A stretch of 29,725 bases of DNA, from assembly GCA_017390595.1 (NCBI GenBank), contig JAFPBC010000170.1, forward strand, positions 1-29,725. The letters are read 5' to 3'. The stretch comes from Selenomonadales bacterium. Its GTDB lineage: Bacteria > Bacillota > Negativicutes > RGIG982. A program made the position numbers and the translations under genes. The notes below the pieces were generated by a model. The model saw only the letters and a list, made by a program, of their open reading frames with translations, ran no database searches and was not told where the DNA came from. Below are positions 26,880 to 29,725 of this stretch, piece after piece (positions within the stretch are counted from its first letter, which is position 1; every line of letters begins with the position of its first letter).

Positions 26880-27752
26880 TTATTCCTCCTCATCACAAAA
26901 AATCCCGATCGCATCCGTCAGTCGATATGTCGTAAGCCCTTGCCAAACAGCAGTCTCACTGAGCGTACCGCACAACTTTCCGCCCGTCGAAACAACGCGC
27001 ACCATCGTGTAGACTTGTGGTCGAAACAGCTCGATCACCTCTCCCGCCCGCATATCACAGCGTACCGTATACCACATCGTCGGCAGATGACCTGCCTTCG
27101 TCAGTATGCGCTCTTTCCCCGCCATATGGCAAAACGGCACGAACGCAAGTTCCTTCTCCTCCGCGCTCGCCAGCCGCAAGACCATCCCCGCAAGAAGCAT
27201 GACCGATATCAATACCTCGCACCGCACGAACCACACATACCCCGCATAAACAAAAAGAACGGCCGCTACCAGTTGACTGATACGTACCGTCCTTCTTACC
27301 GCCTCTTTTGCCGTCATGCTTGTACCGAGCAATATCCGAACGAGCCTCCCGCCATCGAGCGGATATGCAGGCAAAAGATTCCACAGCGCAAGCATCATAT
27401 TCGTCTCCATAGCAAGCTCTGCCATACCACTCGGCTCCGACCACCCCCAACCGCAGAGAACCGCACCGAGCACACTTCCAAGAGGCCCTGCCGATACGAC
27501 CATACATTCCCGAAGACCGTATCCGTTCATCCCCTCGATCTCAGCCATCCCGCCAAACGGTAAGAGCGTAATCCCCACCGCACGATGACCGAGCCATATG
27601 GCAACAACGATATGACACAGCTCATGGAACACGACACACGCGAAAATAACGATCGCTTCCACCATCTGACCGCAGATGCCGAACACCATCATCAACAAGA
27701 AGCACAGATAATGCACACGTATCGCTATCCCTCTTATCGTCATCACACGCAT
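26880..27752 (-). CDS. spoIVFB: SpoIVFB-like M50 intramembrane metalloprotease
   Basis: HELCH, LLPFGG, SAGP and NLLPAYPLDGGR motifs; directly after a SpoIVFA-like gene. Start set at ATG 27752 (GAGGT RBS). Confidence 0.88.
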   Translation of the reverse strand: MRVMTIRGIAIRVHYLCFLLMMVFGICGQMVEAIVIFACVVFHELCHIVVAIWLGHRAVGITLLPFGGMAEIEGMNGYGLRECMVVSAGPLGSVLGAVLCGWGWSEPSGMAELAMETNMMLALWNLLPAYPLDGGRLVRILLGTSMTAKEAVRRTVRISQLVAAVLFVYAGYVWFVRCEVLISVMLLAGMVLRLASAEEKELAFVPFCHMAGKERILTKAGHLPTMWYTVRCDMRAGEVIELFRPQVYTMVRVVSTGGKLCGTLSETAVWQGLTTYRLTDAIGIFCDEEE

Positions 27753-27753
27753 C

Positions 27754-28443
27754 TTATTCAGACCTCGCTTCATCCGAAACAGCTCGTATTCGTGTCATCG
27801 GATCGACTGCCGAACCTCTCTCGCGAATAGCAAGCGACAATCGTGGAAAACCATCGCTCTTTTTCCCGCTTCGCCCAATCGGCTCAGCACGCACAACAAG
27901 ATCTCCGACCGCGACCCATGCCTCGGACAGATATCCGTAACGCACCGTTATCGGCCCGCTCTGCACGATGACAGACCGCGACAAGCCCTCCTCATCACGC
28001 ACCACATCGAGCACCTTACCTGCCGCTACCGCTTTCACAGGTGTACCGATCGGCACCTCCCACTCGACCTCCTCATGATATGTCCCATCGGATGATACAC
28101 CGAACGGTACGACAAGCTTCCCCTCAACAGGCGATGCCAGATAATTGAGCGGACTGACAGGCCGAGCCGTAACAGCCTTGACCGTCTCAAAAAACGGATA
28201 CCGCACAGCACTCTTCCACAGCTCTTCCGCCCGCACACGCACCGCCAAAAAGTCCCCCTCTACCGTAAGAGCCTGCCATACGATACGCCCGCTCTCCTTG
28301 CCGAGCTCACTGCCAGACGCACCCAACACCCACACGACAGCAAACAAAACAATCGCCACGACAGACTGCACCAAATGCAATTTATACCTTTTCTTTTTCG
28401 CAGGCGAGCGATAATACACTTCCCACGGATCTTTCTCTCTCAC
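27754..28443 (-). CDS. spoIVFA: SpoIVFA-like protein with a degenerate M23 (LytM) domain
   Basis: One TM, then PVEGKLVVPFG, GTPVKAVAAGKV, YGYL, VGDLV and VDP. The zinc motifs are lost (HEEVE for HxGxD, RLSL for HLH), as expected for non-catalytic SpoIVFA. Confidence 0.8.
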   Translation of the reverse strand: MREKDPWEVYYRSPAKKKRYKLHLVQSVVAIVLFAVVWVLGASGSELGKESGRIVWQALTVEGDFLAVRVRAEELWKSAVRYPFFETVKAVTARPVSPLNYLASPVEGKLVVPFGVSSDGTYHEEVEWEVPIGTPVKAVAAGKVLDVVRDEEGLSRSVIVQSGPITVRYGYLSEAWVAVGDLVVRAEPIGRSGKKSDGFPRLSLAIRERGSAVDPMTRIRAVSDEARSE

Positions 28444-28502
28444 GAACGATGCCCCCTTCTATCCTCTATCACATGAATATGGGACATCGCCTTAATTTAT
28501 GC

Positions 28503-28784
28503 TCAGCAAGTGATATCTCGCTTCATCTTCACGACAGGAATATTCGCCGTCAGCGATACCGACCCGTCCGTTCGACTGAGCTGGATCTCTATCTCATCTT
28601 CCTGCACCTCCATATATTCCGAAATCACACGTATCATATCCTCTCGCATACGGTCTACCAACTGCGGCGATACCGACGCCCTATCATGTACGAGAACGAG
28701 CTTGAGCCTTTCTTTGGCTATCTTCTTCGAACCGTCCTGCGTTCTTCTCCACCACGATGCAATGCGTGCAAACAGCTTATCCAT
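28503..28784 (-). CDS. minE: Cell division topological specificity factor
   Basis: SKKIAKERLKLVLVHDR, MREDMIRVISEY and LTANIPV motifs; follows minD. Confidence 0.95.
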   Translation of the reverse strand: MDKLFARIASWWRRTQDGSKKIAKERLKLVLVHDRASVSPQLVDRMREDMIRVISEYMEVQEDEIEIQLSRTDGSVSLTANIPVVKMKRDITC

Positions 28785-28788
28785 ATCC

Positions 28789-29580
28789 TCACATCCCTAT
28801 CAACTTTTTCATACGCATGAGCCACGGTCTCGGCTCGTCCATCGCAATGAACGGAACATTCTCTCCCATCAACCGACGTACGATATTCTGATATGCCATA
28901 CTTGCCCGCGAGGCAGGACTGAGGATCGCAGGCTCACCGCGATTCGTCGACACAACGATATATTCATCTTCGGGTATCATACCGATCAGGTCTATCGCCA
29001 AAATATCCACGATATCCTCCTTATCCATCATATCTCCCTTTTTTACCATCATGGGACGTATCCGATTGATAATGAGCTTCGGCTCCTTCTTACCCATCGA
29101 CGCAAGCATCCCAATGATACGATCGGCGTCACGCACAGCAGACACCTCGGGTGTCGTTACGATGATAGCCCTGTCCGCACCTGCCACCGCGTTCTTGAAT
29201 CCCTGCTCGATCCCCGCAGGACAATCTATCAGCACATAATCAAACTCTTTTCTCAGCTCATCACAAAGCTGTTTCATCTGATGAGGCTTCACCGCATCCT
29301 TATCGCGTGTCTGTGCCGCAGGCAACAGATACAGATCCTCCTGCCGCTTATCGCGGATAAGAGCTTGCTTCAATCGGCAAAACCCTTCCGTCACATCCAC
29401 AAGATCATATACGATGCGATTTTCAAGCCCCATCACCACATCGAGATTCCGAAGCCCAATATCCGCATCGACCACCACGACCTTCTTCCCCTGCATCACA
29501 AGCCCCATACTGAGATTCGCCGTCGTTGTCGTCTTACCGACACCGCCTTTGCCCGAAGTCACAACGATCACTTCACTCAT
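28789..29580 (-). CDS. minD: Septum site-determining ATPase
   Basis: TSGKGGVGKTT, DADIGLRNLD, LIDCPAGIE and PEVSAVRDADR motifs, and a C-terminal amphipathic WLMRMKKLIGM. Start set at ATG 29580. Confidence 0.97.
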   Translation of the reverse strand: MSEVIVVTSGKGGVGKTTTTANLSMGLVMQGKKVVVVDADIGLRNLDVVMGLENRIVYDLVDVTEGFCRLKQALIRDKRQEDLYLLPAAQTRDKDAVKPHQMKQLCDELRKEFDYVLIDCPAGIEQGFKNAVAGADRAIIVTTPEVSAVRDADRIIGMLASMGKKEPKLIINRIRPMMVKKGDMMDKEDIVDILAIDLIGMIPEDEYIVVSTNRGEPAILSPASRASMAYQNIVRRLMGENVPFIAMDEPRPWLMRMKKLIGM

Positions 29581-29616
29581 TCTTCTACCACCTTCCATTT
29601 TATTCCATATTGTTAT

Positions 29617-29644
29617 TTTCTATGCCGCCTGCCTAAATTCCTTT
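29617..29644 (-). promoter_or_regulatory. Possible sigma-H-type promoter of minDE
   Basis: aaAGGAATT, 15 nt, GAAA. The spacer is one base longer than consensus; a sigma-H promoter is known for B. subtilis minCD. Confidence 0.35.
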
Positions 29645-29664
29645 TTCTGTAAAATATTTTCGCA

Positions 29665-29693
29665 TAAAAAAACCCGACCGAATTCGGTCGAGT
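29665..29693 (-). terminator. Terminator of the gene upstream of minD
   Basis: Minus strand ACTCGACCG-aatt-CGGTCGGGT followed by TTTTTT. Confidence 0.82.
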
Positions 29694-29697
29694 GCTT

Positions 29698-29724
29698 TTA
29701 TCTGTCGAAATACCCTTGTTCTCT
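29698..29724 (-). CDS. C-terminal fragment of an upstream gene, possibly RadC
   Basis: Minus-strand frame reads R-E-Q-G-Y-F-D-R-stop and is followed at once by a terminator. The tail resembles the RadC ending (...S.rE.Gxx), but only 8 codons are visible. Confidence 0.35.
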   Translation of the reverse strand, partial: REQGYFDR

Positions 29725-29725
29725 C

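Noticed and set aside
26601-27563. 320-aa plus-strand ORF
   Set aside because: Antisense to spoIVFB and the tautomerase; His/Pro/Arg-rich composition reflects strand skew.
28510-29652. 380-aa plus-strand ORF
   Set aside because: Antisense to minDE; no protein-like features.

Overview
Core-genome region of a Bacillota genome, most likely a Negativicutes/clostridial-type anaerobe (inferred from fapR-plsX-fabH-fabK-fabD-fabG, minE, psd-pssA and several exported proteins). Most genes lie on the minus strand. In order: the FapR-regulated fatty-acid operon (fabG cut by the window edge); an AT-rich orphan secreted protein; rpmF, DUF177, ackA; tmcAL, a patatin, ylbJ; a SepIVA-like coiled-coil gene, coaD, rsmD; a DUF4127 lipoprotein; tRNA-Pro(CGG) and tRNA-Gln(CTG); an exported hypothetical protein; a DUF362 Fe-S protein; a queD-queE-surE-TIGR04086 operon; a psd-pssA-GT2 operon; a WecB/TagA glycosyltransferase; a class A PBP; guaB; a tautomerase plus hypothetical gene pair; spoIVFB, spoIVFA, minE, minD; and the last codons of an upstream gene that may be radC. 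No mobile element, integrase or CRISPR array was seen. The most interesting observations are: (1) a membrane GT2 inside a promoter- and terminator-bounded phosphatidylethanolamine operon; (2) minDE-spoIVFAB without the mreBCD-mrdA-minC and rodA genes that usually flank them; (3) sigma-H-type promoters in front of uncharacterised genes; (4) a short SepIVA homologue; (5) the queD-queE-surE-membrane protein operon. All family assignments come from motif recognition by eye, not database searches.
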